NCBI GenBank assembly: GCA_002104945.1
Contig: MCFH01000078.1
Span: 62,001 to 126,000 of the forward strand
Length of the DNA stretch: 64,000 bases
Source of the DNA: Piromyces finnis finn
Lineage: Eukaryota > Fungi > Neocallimastigomycota
Direction of reading: 5' to 3'
Position numbers and translations under genes: made by a program. Shown piece after piece: positions 29,441 to 43,100 of the stretch. Positions within the stretch are counted from its first letter, which is position 1. Each line of letters opens with the position of its first letter. Under the pieces are notes generated by a model. The model saw only the letters and a list, made by a program, of their open reading frames with translations, did no database searches and had not been told where the DNA came from.

Positions 29441-30696
29441 ATGGAAGGTGAAGGTAGAATTTTTTTTTATTCATATATATATAAAAGAATAAGTGCAAAC
29501 CTTTTTTCTTCTTCTTCCTTTTTATTAAAAATTATTTTGAAATCTATATGTATTTATCAATGTATATTGATATTTTCTTCTTGAATTTATTTTATTAAAA
29601 TATATAAATATTTAGTAACCGGTGTAACTGAAAAAAAAACATATCAAGATATCGATGTTAATTTGTTTACTTTTAGAAGTGACAGTAAGATTTTTGAAAA
29701 CTAAATTAAAATATATGAAAATGAAAAAAAAAAAAAAAAAAAAGTTTTATTTAATAATTAATATTTTTTTTTTATAAAATTAAAAAAAAAAAAAAAAAAA
29801 AAGATGTTGAAAATGATTTATTAGATGATAATTCCGATACGGAAAGTAATTTTAGTATATTTGAATCATCAAATAGTAGTGTTAATGATCAAGAGGAGGA
29901 ATTAAATAAAAAAATTATTTTTGATGATGATAGCAATTTTGAAGTAATTAATTTTCCTGAACGTTTAATTAATTTATGGGCAGAACTTCCAGAATTGGGT
30001 GATTTATCATCCTATTCCTCGTATGATCGTGCTTGTATACGTTGGAAAAGATTAATAGGGAAAATATTTGATTATATTAGATTACAAACAGTGTGTATGG
30101 GATTTGGTATTGATAGAGGTAGTGAAGATATGGATATTTTTTCTGATCAAACAAAAAAAATTAAAGAACTTATTAATAAACCAAATAAATTACCAAGTGA
30201 AGAGGAAGATTTATTGTTTCAAGTATCGATAAAATTAACCCCATTTATGACGTATTATGATCAATCACAAAGTAAAGCATTATGTAAAATATTAACGTAT
30301 GAAGAATATCCAACTGGTACAGTATTAATTAAGGAAGGAAGAGAAGCTTCTGTTGTTTATTATATATTAGAAGGAGAATGTGAGGTATTTAAAAAGGAAC
30401 AAGGTGGAAATATATCAGATGATGAAAATGAAGAGGAAAATGAAGAACCATCAAATTATTATGCTAATAAAGTAGCCACCTTAGAAAGTGGTTCATGTTT
30501 TGGTGAAGAAGGTGTCATTATGAAAGGAAAACGTGAAGCTACAGTAGTATGCTCAAAACCTACTGCATTCTTAATTGCAGAAGCTGTAATTATTTTTTTT
30601 ATCCACTTTATTGATTCATTCTTTTTGAAAAAAAAAAAAAAATTTTTTTAAATGATAACCATAGGCATATATGATTTATAAAATTGATTCATTTTA

Positions 30697-30777
<81 letters not shown>

Positions 30778-32198
30778 CATTATTATAATAATTCAATGAC
30801 TAATTTATTTTTATTTTTTTAATATTTCAATAATAATAATAATAATTTTTTTTATGATTTTACAATTTATTTATACACTATAATTAATATATTTAATCAA
30901 TTTCATCATTGGAATTCAATAGAAAGGTTTCAGAAAAATTATGTTTTTGGATAAACAACATTCCACTATTTTAATGCAAAAATACCTATCAACAAATTTA
31001 TACTTCAGTTTATTCTCTCAACAAACTATTCGTCAAATTGCTCAAAGTTGTACAATGCAAAGTTTTGATCCAGGAGAATTAATTGTTACCGAACATGATC
31101 CTATTAATAAACTTTATTTTATAAAATCTGGTACAGTAAAAGTTGTTAAATTAGTTAAATTTTACAAAAAGGAATTAGAAGGATATTCAAATAACACCAA
31201 CAATACTAATAATAATTCTACAACAAATACAAGTAGTAATAATACGGAAAAACCACAAGAAAAAGATAAAAAAACTTTTCATTATTCGGAAATTGATACA
31301 AATTCTATTGATTTTGAAAATTTAGATATTAATGATGATGGTAAAAATGTTCTTTTTTTTTTTATTATATATGATAATTAAAAAAAATATATTAATTTTA
31401 ATCTAATTATATTGATGTATTTTCTTATTAAAATACGATCCAGTAAATCTATTGAAAATTTATTATTAATTCTTTTTTTTTTTTTTTTTTTTAAATAATT
31501 CTTTTATTTTTTAATTAATCATTTTTTTTTTAAAAAAAAAAAAACTAAAATATTCAGATATATCTGATACAGAAAATGAAATAAAAAAGGGTGATGAAGA
31601 TAATCTAATTGATAGTGACATAAGCAATTATATAAATGATATCAATATTAAACATACTAATTTAACAAAATTTGATAGTTATTCTAATATAAAGAGACCT
31701 AAACGAAATGATGAACCTCTTTACAATTTATTACATATTGCAACAATATCTTCCGGCTATTTCCCTGAAATATCTATTTCTCAACCATGGACCGTAAGAA
31801 CGTTACAAAGATTAAGAGTTGCTGCTGAACAAAATCATTTAAAGCATGCCTATGCAAGTGTCATTGCAGAAAAAAGGTGTGAATGTGTTGTTTGCCCGGT
31901 TGTTTCCTTTATTACAAGTTTACAAGAATATGAACGTAATGCTCTTCCAATGTGTTTTGACACTTCATTTGATAATGAACAAAATATTGATGATTTGTAC
32001 AAACAATCTAAAAATGCTGTTCGTGATCTTATCACTAATAGTTCCGGTTTTATGAATATACCATATGAAACATTAAGAAATGCATTTATAAATGAAAAAA
32101 AATGGGAAATCTTTAAAAAGGAAACGGTAGAAGAAGTTTGGAATATACATAAAGCAAGGGAAGAAAGAAAAAGAAATAAATTTTGGTTTATGAAATAA
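29441..32198 (+). CDS. Protein with two cyclic-nucleotide-binding domains (CNBD-type), 5 exons
   Basis: Domain 1: YEEYPTGTVLIKEG...VYYILEGECEV...LESGSCFGEEGVIMKGKREATVVC. Domain 2: FDPGELIVTEHDPINKLYFIKSGTVKV, then degenerate SGYFPEISI...IAEKRCECV. Exons 29441-29453, ~29616-29684, 29804-30586, ~30923-31342 and ~31558-32198 join in phase. Confidence 0.8.
30699..30790. repeat. Intronic (TAT)n microsatellite
   Basis: Direct reading. Confidence 0.9.
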
Positions 32199-32791
32199 TA
32201 GTTAGTTTAAAAAAATTTAATCCTTTTTAAAGATAATAATAATAGCAATAATAAAAATAATAATAAATAACAATAGTATCAATTCAATTCACTAATAACT
32301 TATTTAAGAATACAATTAACTTTTAATAATAAAAAAAAATACCAAGAAAAAAAAAATCGCATTTACAATAAAAAATATACATTTCATTCATAATAATCCT
32401 TTTAAATAAAATATTCAATATTTTATAATATTAATATTTTGTTTTAAGAAAGATTAATTAAAAAAAAAAAAAAAATCTATTAAATTTTTTTGTCAAAAAA
32501 AAAAAAATGTAAAAATATTATCATGAATAATTAAAATATATATAAATATAAAGAGAAGAAAAAAAAAAAAAAGAAAATACCTATATTTATAGGTACATCT
32601 ATTTTATAGACTTTAAAAGTGTTTTTTTTTTTTTTTTTTTTTTTTTTTTATTTTTTTATTTAAAATATAAATATATTTAAAATTAAAATTAATAGAATAA
32701 TGAATAGACTTTTAAATATATAAAAAAATGTTTTTTTTATAAAATTTTAATTTTTTTATTTAAAAATTTATAATATATAAATCAAAAATTA

Positions 32792-32798
32792 TGATTGG
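32792..32798 (-). promoter_or_regulatory. Candidate CCAAT (NF-Y/HAP) box upstream of RPA43
   Basis: TGATTGG (reverse of CCAATCA) ~120 nt before the ATG in otherwise GC-free DNA; short motif that could be chance. Confidence 0.3.
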
Positions 32799-32915
32799 TT
32801 AAAATCAAAAATTATAATCTTTTTTTTTTATTTTTTTTTTTTTTTTAAATAATTTTTATTTTATATTTTATTGTAAAAATAAAATAATATTTTTAAAAAA
32901 AAAAAAAAAAAAAAA

Positions 32916-34345
32916 ATGAAAAATCAAACTCATTTCAAACAGGTTATTACAAGACTTGTATTAAAATTATCACCATGTTTTGCATCAGAACCACGCAAAG
33001 GTGTTGAAGAATATTTAAAGAAATTATTAATGAGGTATATACAGGAACATAGAATTTTTTTTTTTTTTTTTATCCAAAATGTGAAACTTTTTTTTTAAAT
33101 AAACATTTATGATGAAAAAATTTCAGTAATCAATATTCCTCCCTAATTTTTTAAAAAAGGAATTTCACTACTTTATATCTATTGATATTTTATGATTTAA
33201 AAGGTTTTTAAGAAGAAATTGTTTAAAAGCAGCATCAAGAATTAAAGAAAATCATTTTAAATTTAATAATTTCAAAGATTTCAAATCAAATTTCAACATT
33301 TGCAGATTTAATATTTTTGTATTTTTTATTTTTGTTTCAAGTGTTTTTTTTAAATAGTTTATAAAATAAGTTGAAAAGCAACAACAGAAGTAACAACAGC
33401 AACAACAACAAAAAAAAAGCAACGATTACTAACCTAATAATATTATATTATTTATTATATTTATTTTATATGTTATATATGTATATTCAATGTAAATAAA
33501 GATATGTTCCAGAATTCGATGGTATTGTAATTGGTTATACAAATGTTCAATTTTTACAAAAGAATGCTGAAATTTTATTTGATTCCCCATATTTCAGTGT
33601 TAAAGTTGGTGTTATCTTTAATTTATTCACTCCACAAAAGAATTTAGAAATTGGTAATTATTATTATTGTTCTAATATAAAATAATCTTTTTTTATTTTT
33701 TTAAAAAAAATAATAATAAAAAAATAATATTAAATATATTGAAATATTTTTTTAATTTTAGTCGGAAAGGTTAATAAGGTTTCTGCTGATCACATTGGTT
33801 TACTTTTATATGGTGTTGTTAACGCTTCAATTCCATCTGATAAAATTAGAAAGAAGAATTTCAAATGGGATGAAAATTCCTTTGCATGGAAGGAAACTTT
33901 TGGTGAAAGAAGAAAGATTTGCAATGGTTGTGTCATGAAATTCACTATTGTCGAGTATGTAAAAAAAAATAAATAATTTTAATACCTTTTTTTTTATTAA
34001 ACACATTTAAAATATAATTTTTAAATAAATATCATACTAAGAAAATTATACATTAAATAACGTAATAGTGTTTTAAAGGCTAATGATATGTTGACTGTTA
34101 TTGGTTCATTATTAGAAAAACCAGATGAAACTGGTATTATAAAGGAAGGTGAAGATGAACCAGAAACTATGGCTATGGATATTGATGAAGTAAAGACTGA
34201 AACTGCTGCTCCAGCTAAAAATAATAAGATTGTATGGGATGACAATGATGATGAAGAAGAACAAGAAGAAGAAGAGGAAGAAGATGAAAGTAATAAAAAT
34301 GATAGTGATGCCTCAACTGAAGATAGTGATGAAGATGAAGAATAA
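32916..34345 (+). CDS. RPA43: RNA polymerase I subunit A43, 4 exons
   Basis: LKLSPCF...LLMRYVPEFDGIVIGY...ILFDSPYFSVKV...FTPQKNLEIVGKVNKVSADHIGLLLYGVVNASIP, followed by an acidic tail. Confidence 0.92.
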
Positions 34346-34488
34346 ATTTAATATTACAAAACTAATAATTTCATCAATTTATTTATAAAAATTCACACCT
34401 TTTTTTTTCATTATTATTATTAATTTATATACTCTATACCAAAAATATGTTTTACTTTTTAATTTTATTACCACTCTACTAATAATTA

Positions 34489-34519
<31 letters not shown>

Positions 34520-35015
34520 AAGAAAAAATAAGGAAGTAAAATTAAAAAGAATTTGTTAATTCAACCAATTTAATTTAACTATTATATATGCTTTTTATTT
34601 ATTTTTATTTCATAATAAGAATGAATGACAGAGTAAATGTTTATTATTTATAATTTATATCATTATAAAAAAAAAAAAAAGTAAATTCGAAATATCATGT
34701 AAAAAAAAAAGAAAAAAAAAAAATATAGAATATAGAAAATAAAAAAATTATTTCTAAAAATTTTTTAAAAAAAAAAAAAACAATATATGATTATTAGTAT
34801 AAAATTATTATGAAAAATTTATAATCCACTTATTTTTATTTTTTTTTTTATTATTTATTTATTTTATTCTTTAAAACAACGGCGGCATATTAAAAGTATT
34901 ATGTATTATCAATTTTTATTTTTATCGCGTTTACTGTTAAAAAAAAATAATAATAATAGTTTAATAGTATGATATCAAATTAAATTTAATATTGTGGATA
35001 TAGATGATGGAGGAT

Positions 35016-36622
35016 TTAACCACTGGTTTGATAACGTATATGATCTGCAGTAATATATTTTGTTGGTACTAAAGCATTATCACTAAAGCTTCTTGCCATT
35101 CCTCTTAAATGATTCATATCAATAGCATTATCTTGATAAGGTCTATATTCACGGAAGACAGGTTTATTTCCTAATTCATTCTTTAGTTTTCTTAATTTTC
35201 TTATTTTATTTGATACATAGTTTAGAGAATAAAGTTCTATACCCACTATTTTTAAAATATTATTAAATCTTATGAAACCACCTTTTTGAACTATTTACAT
35301 TTATGTTTTATACATATTTCAAAAGAAAGAAAAAAAAACATATATATATAAATTTACTTTTTTTAATATTATTATGGAAAAAAAAAATATTATATATATA
35401 TAATACTGATTTTTAATTATTCTAAATATATAAATTTATATAAATTTCATTACATGGTTCAACATGATCATTATCAATAATATCCTCAAAATCTTTATTT
35501 AATTGTCTAATAGCTGTATCAAGATTTGGTACTTTAAATCCTAATTATTTATTAATTAAACAGTCATAAATATTTAAGTATATATCCATATATTTTATAC
35601 TATTTTTTATTATTATTTTTTATAGAGTTCATACCAATAGATATTAAATTAAATTTATCTCTAGCAATATTAGAGGTGGGTTGATATTCTTGTGTTGTTT
35701 GAATTAAGCATATAGTACATTTTCTATTTCGATCCTTATCTCCTAACCAATAGTATTGTTGTCTTGTTAGACCTACAAATAATTGTTTTACAAATAAAAT
35801 AACAATAATAATGTCAATGATAATAAATAATAAATAATAAATAATAAATAATAAATAATAAATAATAAATAATAAATAATAAAAAAAATAATAAATAATA
35901 AATAATAAATAATAAATAATAAATAATAAAAATAAATAATAAATAATAAATAATAAATAATAAATAATAAATAATAAATAATAAATAATAAATAAATAAT
36001 AAATAATAAATAATAAATAATAAATAATAAATAATAAATAAAAATAATAAATAATAAATAATAAATAATAAATAATAAATAATAAATAATGATAATAATA
36101 ATGTTGAAAACACCATCAATCAATAATAATACAATAAGCTTTTAAAGGTTTTATTACCAAATGTTATGTCTTCGTAATCCAAAATTTTAAATCCTTTTCT
36201 TTTAACTTTTTGATTTTCAGATCTATAGCTTGGCACTCTAGTAGAATGAATTTTAGATTTATTTTCATTTGTAGATGAAGCGTTTAAATCTTCATTAATA
36301 GTTTCTATATAAGAACCTCTTCTATCACTTTTCTTTTCTGGTACAACTGAGGAATCCTTATCCCCACGCCTTATTAAGGATGCTGTAATAGCTGCTACAG
36401 CTTCTTGCGCTGGGGTTAAAAACATATTTTTGGAACGTTGTTCCACAGAAAAAATACTTTGTAAATACTCTGAAATAACGCCTGCTTGTGGAATTGGTAA
36501 AGTATAATAACCAAGTTTTGAAAACCACTTTAAATATATATAAAATTTTAATTTATAATTATTATTAATTTTTTTTAAAAAAAAATAATAATATTAATAA
36601 TATGAAAATAAGAAGAAAAAAA

Positions 36623-36657
<35 letters not shown>

Positions 36658-37616
36658 ATTGTTATTTTAATTATTAAAATAATTACCTGTACTGGAAGTA
36701 AATTTTCATTTAAATATTGACTTGGGTATTCCATAATTCTTACTTCAATACCATTTGGATCCTTATATATAATATATTTTATTCCACCATTTTCTTGTAA
36801 TGGTATATATGATTTAATACCTTTAGAGTAATGAATCATCATTATAAAATAAAATGTTAAATAATATAATATTATTAATAATAATATATTATATATAAGT
36901 AAAATAAAATGATTACCTCTGGAACTGACTCTTTTTATCAATCTATCAATAAAGTGAACATAAATTAATAAATATTCTCCAGATAAATGTGCCTTTCTTT
37001 TCTTTGTATTATGAATTTCTTCTAATGAGTCAGCACCTGTATACAATGACTAATTTTTTTTTTTTTTAAAAAAAAAAAAGTTAATATTAGTAATTTTTCT
37101 TTTTTTTTTTTTTTTTTTTTTTTTTTGATTTATTAGAATTAAAAAATGTAAAATGTATTTTATTAATTACACTGTAATCAAAAACAAGTTGAACATTATC
37201 ACATTCATCTTTTTCTGATAAAATTACATTCTTAAATATAAAAACAAGGGTACAATCATCACTAAAATCTTTCTTTTTTTTATATTCAAGTGACATTCCA
37301 ATACTTTCGTAAAAATCAATTGTTTTTTCTAAATCTAAATATCATATAATTTAAAAAATAGGTGTCATTGTTACTATCATCATCATCATCATCTTCATCA
37401 TCATCATCATCATATTCATTATAATAATAAATTATATAAAAGGTTTCATTTTTCATTGTATCCCTAGGTCTTATTAATAAGCTTATTAATTCTATTTAAT
37501 TTACCTAGACAACGAAATCGAAGCCATTTCAGTTGTACTTGTCCTATTCCAACTAATCTTTTTCTTTTTGGTTTAGCAACAATTGATGTATTTATATTAT
37601 TGTATGCTGTATTCAT
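35016..37616 (-). CDS. Uncharacterised protein with two VOC/glyoxalase-like domains, ~8 exons
   Basis: Hand-joined GT-AG exons give WLRFRCLDLEKTIDFYESIGMSL; IYVHFIDRLIKRVSSRG; YKDPNGIEVRIME; then SIGFKVPNLDTAIRQL and VGIELYS. These are VOC-fold patterns. ATG 37616, stop 35016. Confidence 0.7.
35820..36090. repeat. Intronic 7-bp tandem repeat (TAATAAA)n
   Basis: Direct reading; source of the FIIYYLL ORFs. Confidence 0.95.
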
Positions 37617-37854
37617 TTGTCTTTATAATCTTTTTTTTTTTTTATTTTATTATTACTATTTATTATTATTATTTTTTTTAATTATTTAAATTTGTAATTT
37701 TTAATTTGTTGTTTTTAATTAGCTTCGATTTTTCAAAATTAAATTTTTAATATCTGCATTTAAAATTAAAAATCACATGGATATAACGTGGTTAATTAAA
37801 ATGTATGGGTTTTTTGAATAGATTATTTATATGAATTTAAAAAATCAATTATTT

Positions 37855-37861
37855 TGATTGG
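37855..37861 (-). promoter_or_regulatory. Candidate CCAAT box in the divergent promoter between the VOC gene and PBDC1
   Basis: TGATTGG located between ATGs at 37616 (-) and 37996 (+). Confidence 0.3.
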
Positions 37862-37995
37862 TGGAAAATATAATTGTAATTTTTTTTTTAAATTTTTTTT
37901 TTTTTGGTTTAAAAGAATAATAAAAAAGTACAGAATTTTTTCTTTTTAAATACAGAAATAAAATAATAATTTTTTTATTAAACAATTAACCAAAA

Positions 37996-39203
37996 ATGAC
38001 CGAAAATTTCGACGCTGAAAAGGCTGATAACCTTCCAGAAATTGAAAAGCAAGTAAATATCAATAAAGTTATAAATTCCTGTTTTTTTTTCATCGAAAAA
38101 TAAATAAATGCAATGTATACAATATAAAAATATATAAAAATGGCGAAACAATGTTTTTAAAAATCCCAATTTCAAAACAATACATTCAAAATAATACTAA
38201 TAAATATAATATTAATAATAATAAACATAACAATAATAACAATGATAATAAAAGAGAAAATAAAATGTTTAATATTTTTTTTTTATCTTCAAATATTCTA
38301 ACCACCTATATCTATTTAATATAATTTTTTATAATTTTAAAAGTGGGCTGTTAAGGCTACTCACCAAGCCGAAACTTACTGGAATTTACTTACTGCTATT
38401 CCAGGTTCCAAGTTACGTTTAACAACGTATGTAACCCTCTCAATACAACAAAATTCTAAATTTCATATAAAAATTTTAATATTATTATAGTCAAATCTAA
38501 TTTATATTTTTTTTTATTTCTTTTTATAATAAATGTCTTTCTATAATATTTTTTATATAATATATAATTAGTTGTGATGATGAAATTTACGCTGGTAATT
38601 ATCAAAAAATTTATTAAATGGTTTTTTTTTTTTTTTTTTTTTTTTGCAGAAAAAGTTAATATATATTTACCTATTTTAAATAAAATTAAATTTCATTACA
38701 TTTAATTTAGCTTTCCTTGTTACTTTCCCAAATTTCAACATCAAGAACATTGATGAAGATAACTTCAAATCTGAAAAGAGTAAGGCTAAATGGAGAGAAT
38801 TCCACAGAGGTCTTGAAAACAAGGTTGAAGACCACAACTTTGGTACTTTATTACGTAAGAGAGTTGATGGTGAATATAATGCTGAAAATGGTGTTTTTGG
38901 TATGTGCCCATTTTATTTTTATTATTATTATTTTTTTTTCTTTGAAAATTGTATATTTAAAGAAAAGAATGGATAATATTATTCTAATAATACAAATATA
39001 TATTATATATAATATTTATACTAATTATATATTTATATGTAAATTCATTCATTTTTTTTTTTATTTTATTTATACTAAATATTTCAACAAAATATGAAAT
39101 TTTTATTTTTTTTTTGTCAATAGCCACTCGTCTTCAATTTTACGCTATTGAAATTGCTCGTAACAAGCAAGGTTTAAATGATATTCACTGCAAGAGAAAC
39201 TAA
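37996..39203 (+). CDS. PBDC1: PBDC1 / yeast Ypl225w-like (DUF757) protein, 5 exons including a 23-nt micro-exon
   Basis: MTENFDAEKADNLPEIEKQWAVKATHQAETYWNLL...LRLTTCDDEIYAAF...FKSEKSKAKWREF...DHNFGTLLR...ATRLQFYAIEIARNKQGLND. Confidence 0.92.
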
Positions 39204-39807
39204 TTTTAGAATAACAATCGTTTTTTTTTTCCAACATTGAAAGAAGTTGAAGGGAAATAATACAATAAAACAATGAAACTTTTTTAAAAAAAAAATGAAC
39301 TAGTAAAAATTCTTTATTTAGAATTATTATTTAATACCAAAATCTCGAAAAAAAAAATAGAGAATTTTTGAATATTATAAAATATATTTTTTTTTATAAA
39401 TAAATAAATAGAAAAGTAATTATCAACAATAGTAAATTACAATTAAAAATATTAAAAGAAATTCAATAGATGAAGATGCATATATATAAAAAAGAATATT
39501 TTAAATATTTATAAAAAAATAAATACAATGGTTAATAATGATAATTATTATCATACTTTAAAAAAAAAAAAAAAAAATAAAATAATAATAAAAAAAAAAG
39601 TTAAAAATTATTATTAATATGCATCTTAATAATGGATCAAGATTTTATTTTTTATAAAGGCTTTATTAATATTTTAGTATCTTTTTAATATTAAATTTAT
39701 GAATTTTTCTTTTTGCAATATTATATTATTATATATATGATATGTTAATTTTATTTTATTTTATTTTTTTTATGTTATAAATTTATTTTAATTAGAAAAA
39801 ATTAATT

Positions 39808-40062
39808 TTATTCTTCTTCAGCACCTTCTTCTAATTCTTTTTGCATTATTTTCATTCGAAGTAAAGCTTTCTTGGCTAAATCTACTCTTCCACATTTCTT
39901 AAAAGTTATTGCCATTTCTTTGGTTTTGGCAATAGATTCGTTAAGCATTTTAACATAATCTTTTTTTTTTTAAAAAAAAAATAATATGTATATATATATA
40001 TTATTATAAATAGATTTAATATTATATATATATATTTTTTAAAATTTATTTTATATAGTAGT

Positions 40063-40157
<95 letters not shown>

Positions 40158-43100
40158 TAGGTTAAACTTACCATCCAAGGAAAGAATACCAGATTCAATC
40201 TTTGTAACAAGAATTTGAATTTGAAGAGTAACAGCTTGTAATTTATCATTTAATTCATTGTAATTTGGTAATTTCTTAAGTTTAGCTTCAACTACTTGTT
40301 TTTGAAGAATTTGTTGTTCATTTTCTAAAACTTCATTAGAAACCATGTTTGCAGGACTAATTTTAAATATAAAAATTAAAATATATTAGAAATAATATTT
40401 TAAAAAATATAATTTATTACTAGTTTTTTTTTTTTTTAAAAGAAAAAAAAAAATATGATGAATAATAAAGATACAATACTCTTCAAATTGTTCAATTAAT
40501 TTTTCTAATTCATCATTAGCCTTTGAATTGTTTGGTGATACTGGTGATCTTTCTGGTGTACCAGATGATTTTCTTGTTCCCATAACTGGTGTCTTAACAC
40601 CTGGTGATTTAACTGGTGTGTTTAGAACTGGTGTAGTTGGAACAGATGATTTAACTGGTGATGTTTTAATTGGTGTAGTTGGAGCAGATTGTTTATTAAC
40701 ATTGGATCTAGAGATACCACCTGGTGATCCTATAGGAGTATTAACATTAACTGCATTCTTTGGTGATACTGGAACATTATTTAAATGTGAGATATCTACT
40801 GGGTATGCTGATGATTGTCTATCTGGAACATTTGGTCTACTTGATGGAATTGTATTTGATGGTGAATATTGAACGTTTACAGATGGTAAAGGTTTATTAA
40901 TATTTGAAGAGGTTTGCACTTGAGGTATTTGGGGTTGAGACTTTTGAGATTGAGGTGCTTGTGGTTTTGGATTATTAGTTGATGGTGAAGCTTTCATATC
41001 TAATATAGCCCATTTTTCAGATTTGGTAACGTATTCATGTTCCATTAATGGCATATGAAGCTTAATATTAACATCAAGCTTTCCTGGTAATACTTTTCTT
41101 GGATTATTTGAATCACATAACTATTAATTTATATTAAAATATAGAGTTTATATTAAAATAAAAGGTTTATACTAATATCAAAGGGAACTAATTATTAAAA
41201 TAATTTTAATTTATAGATGAACATACATTAACTGAGAAATTAAGTTCACTTTTAGTCTTTAATTGATCAATTTTTATGTATGCTTTACCAATTGGAATAT
41301 TTTTACGTAAGAAACCTCTGTCATGGAAAATTTCAAAAACGAGTCTTTTTCTTTCAATAAATCTTATGAATGGTTTTCCTCTAACAATATTAATTTTCTT
41401 TTTGAAATTATATTCTAATCATAATTTCAAAAATAAAATAAAATATAAAAAAAAAAAAAAATTATTATTTTTTAATTAAATTAAATATATATAAATTTGC
41501 CATGTATACAATATTTTTTATATCATTAGTAATAAAAATATAATAAATAAATAAATATATATATATATATATAAAAGCTCAAATTATATAGGATAACTAT
41601 TATTATTCTATTTACCAGGATTACTAGTATTTGCCACACTTTTTGTTTGGAATACTTCTTCATTTTCATCCGGATAGTGAGTATTACAAATAATATAACT
41701 GTTAAATAGGCCATTCTTAACATCTCTAGATGATAATCCTGTTGCTTTAACAATTTCAATTAACATCTCAGACATACCTACATCCTTATGAAGATTTTCT
41801 ACTATATAATCAACATTTTCATATATAAAGTTTGGAATTTCCATATCACCAAGGGTAGAAACACTAGATTTTAAAATTTTAATACTTTCTAATGATTCAT
41901 TTAATATTTTTTTCATTCTATAAAGTCGTAAAGCTTCTTGCTTATTTTCTTTACTGTAATAAATTTTAATAGCAAGATTACACTTTTCAATTTGTTCACT
42001 TATTTGGCTTTCAATTTCATTATAGAATTTTATGGCTTGAGTTTCCGATTTAAATTTTTTTCCAGTACCTCTAATATTTGGGATTGAAAATGGTGAATTT
42101 GGATGCTTATTTAATGACATTGTTGAACTAGAATTAGAATTTGGTAAATTTTGATTACTACTTCTTTGATTTTGTGGAATTTTTGATAATGAATTGTTTG
42201 AATTAGCTCTACTATTATTTAAACTATTTGTTGAACTAACTAAACTAGTTCTAGATGATTGTTGACGACGAACTGGACCACCTTTATTAAGAGAAGGTGG
42301 TATTTCAAAATTTTCTGGTAAATTACCTGTTTTATTTACCAAATCAATTGCAGCTTTAATGGATTTAAAAGTATTCAGGCAATTAAATGCTTCATTCTTT
42401 TTTCCTTGTCTATTATATATTACTGCATTTGTTTTGTATTCATTTTCTCGTTCTTGTAATATTTTTAATAATTCATCCTTTTTTACATTAGTATATGGTG
42501 TAATATTTTGTGTTTGAGATTGACGTTGAGGTTGATTTAACGGGGCTGTAATATTGTTGTTTTGATTAATATTATCTTTTATTATAGTATTATTAGCTTC
42601 ATCAAAACTAATATCATAGCTGATAATACTATCGTTCATATTTATTGAATCGTCATTTACAGAATCATTCATATCATTATAATTATTATTTTGATTATTC
42701 ATATTATTCATATTATTCATTCCATTCATATTCATTCTGTTCATATTATTCATATTGTTCATATTATTCATATTATTCATATTATTCATATTATTCATTC
42801 CATTCATATTCATTCTGTTCATATTGTTCATATTGTTCATATTATTCATATTATTCATATTATTCATTACATTCATATTCATTCTGTTCATATTGTTCAT
42901 ATTATTCATATTATTCATTCCATTCATATTCATTCTGTTCATATTGTTCATATTATTCATATTATTCATATTATTCATTCCGTTCATATTGTTCATACCA
43001 TTTATATTCATTTTGTTCATATTGTTTGTATTATTATTCATTCTGTTCATATTGTTCATATTATTCATGTTATTCATATTATTCAATTCATTCATATTCA

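Noticed and set aside
33036-33500. C/D snoRNA in RPA43 intron 1 (ATGATGA near 33108)
   Set aside because: No D box (CTGA) or terminal stem downstream.
37370-37420. Poly-Asp-like (GAT)n run in VOC gene intron 1 as an extra exon
   Set aside because: That frame meets a stop and exons 1 and 2 already join in phase without it; treated as a microsatellite.
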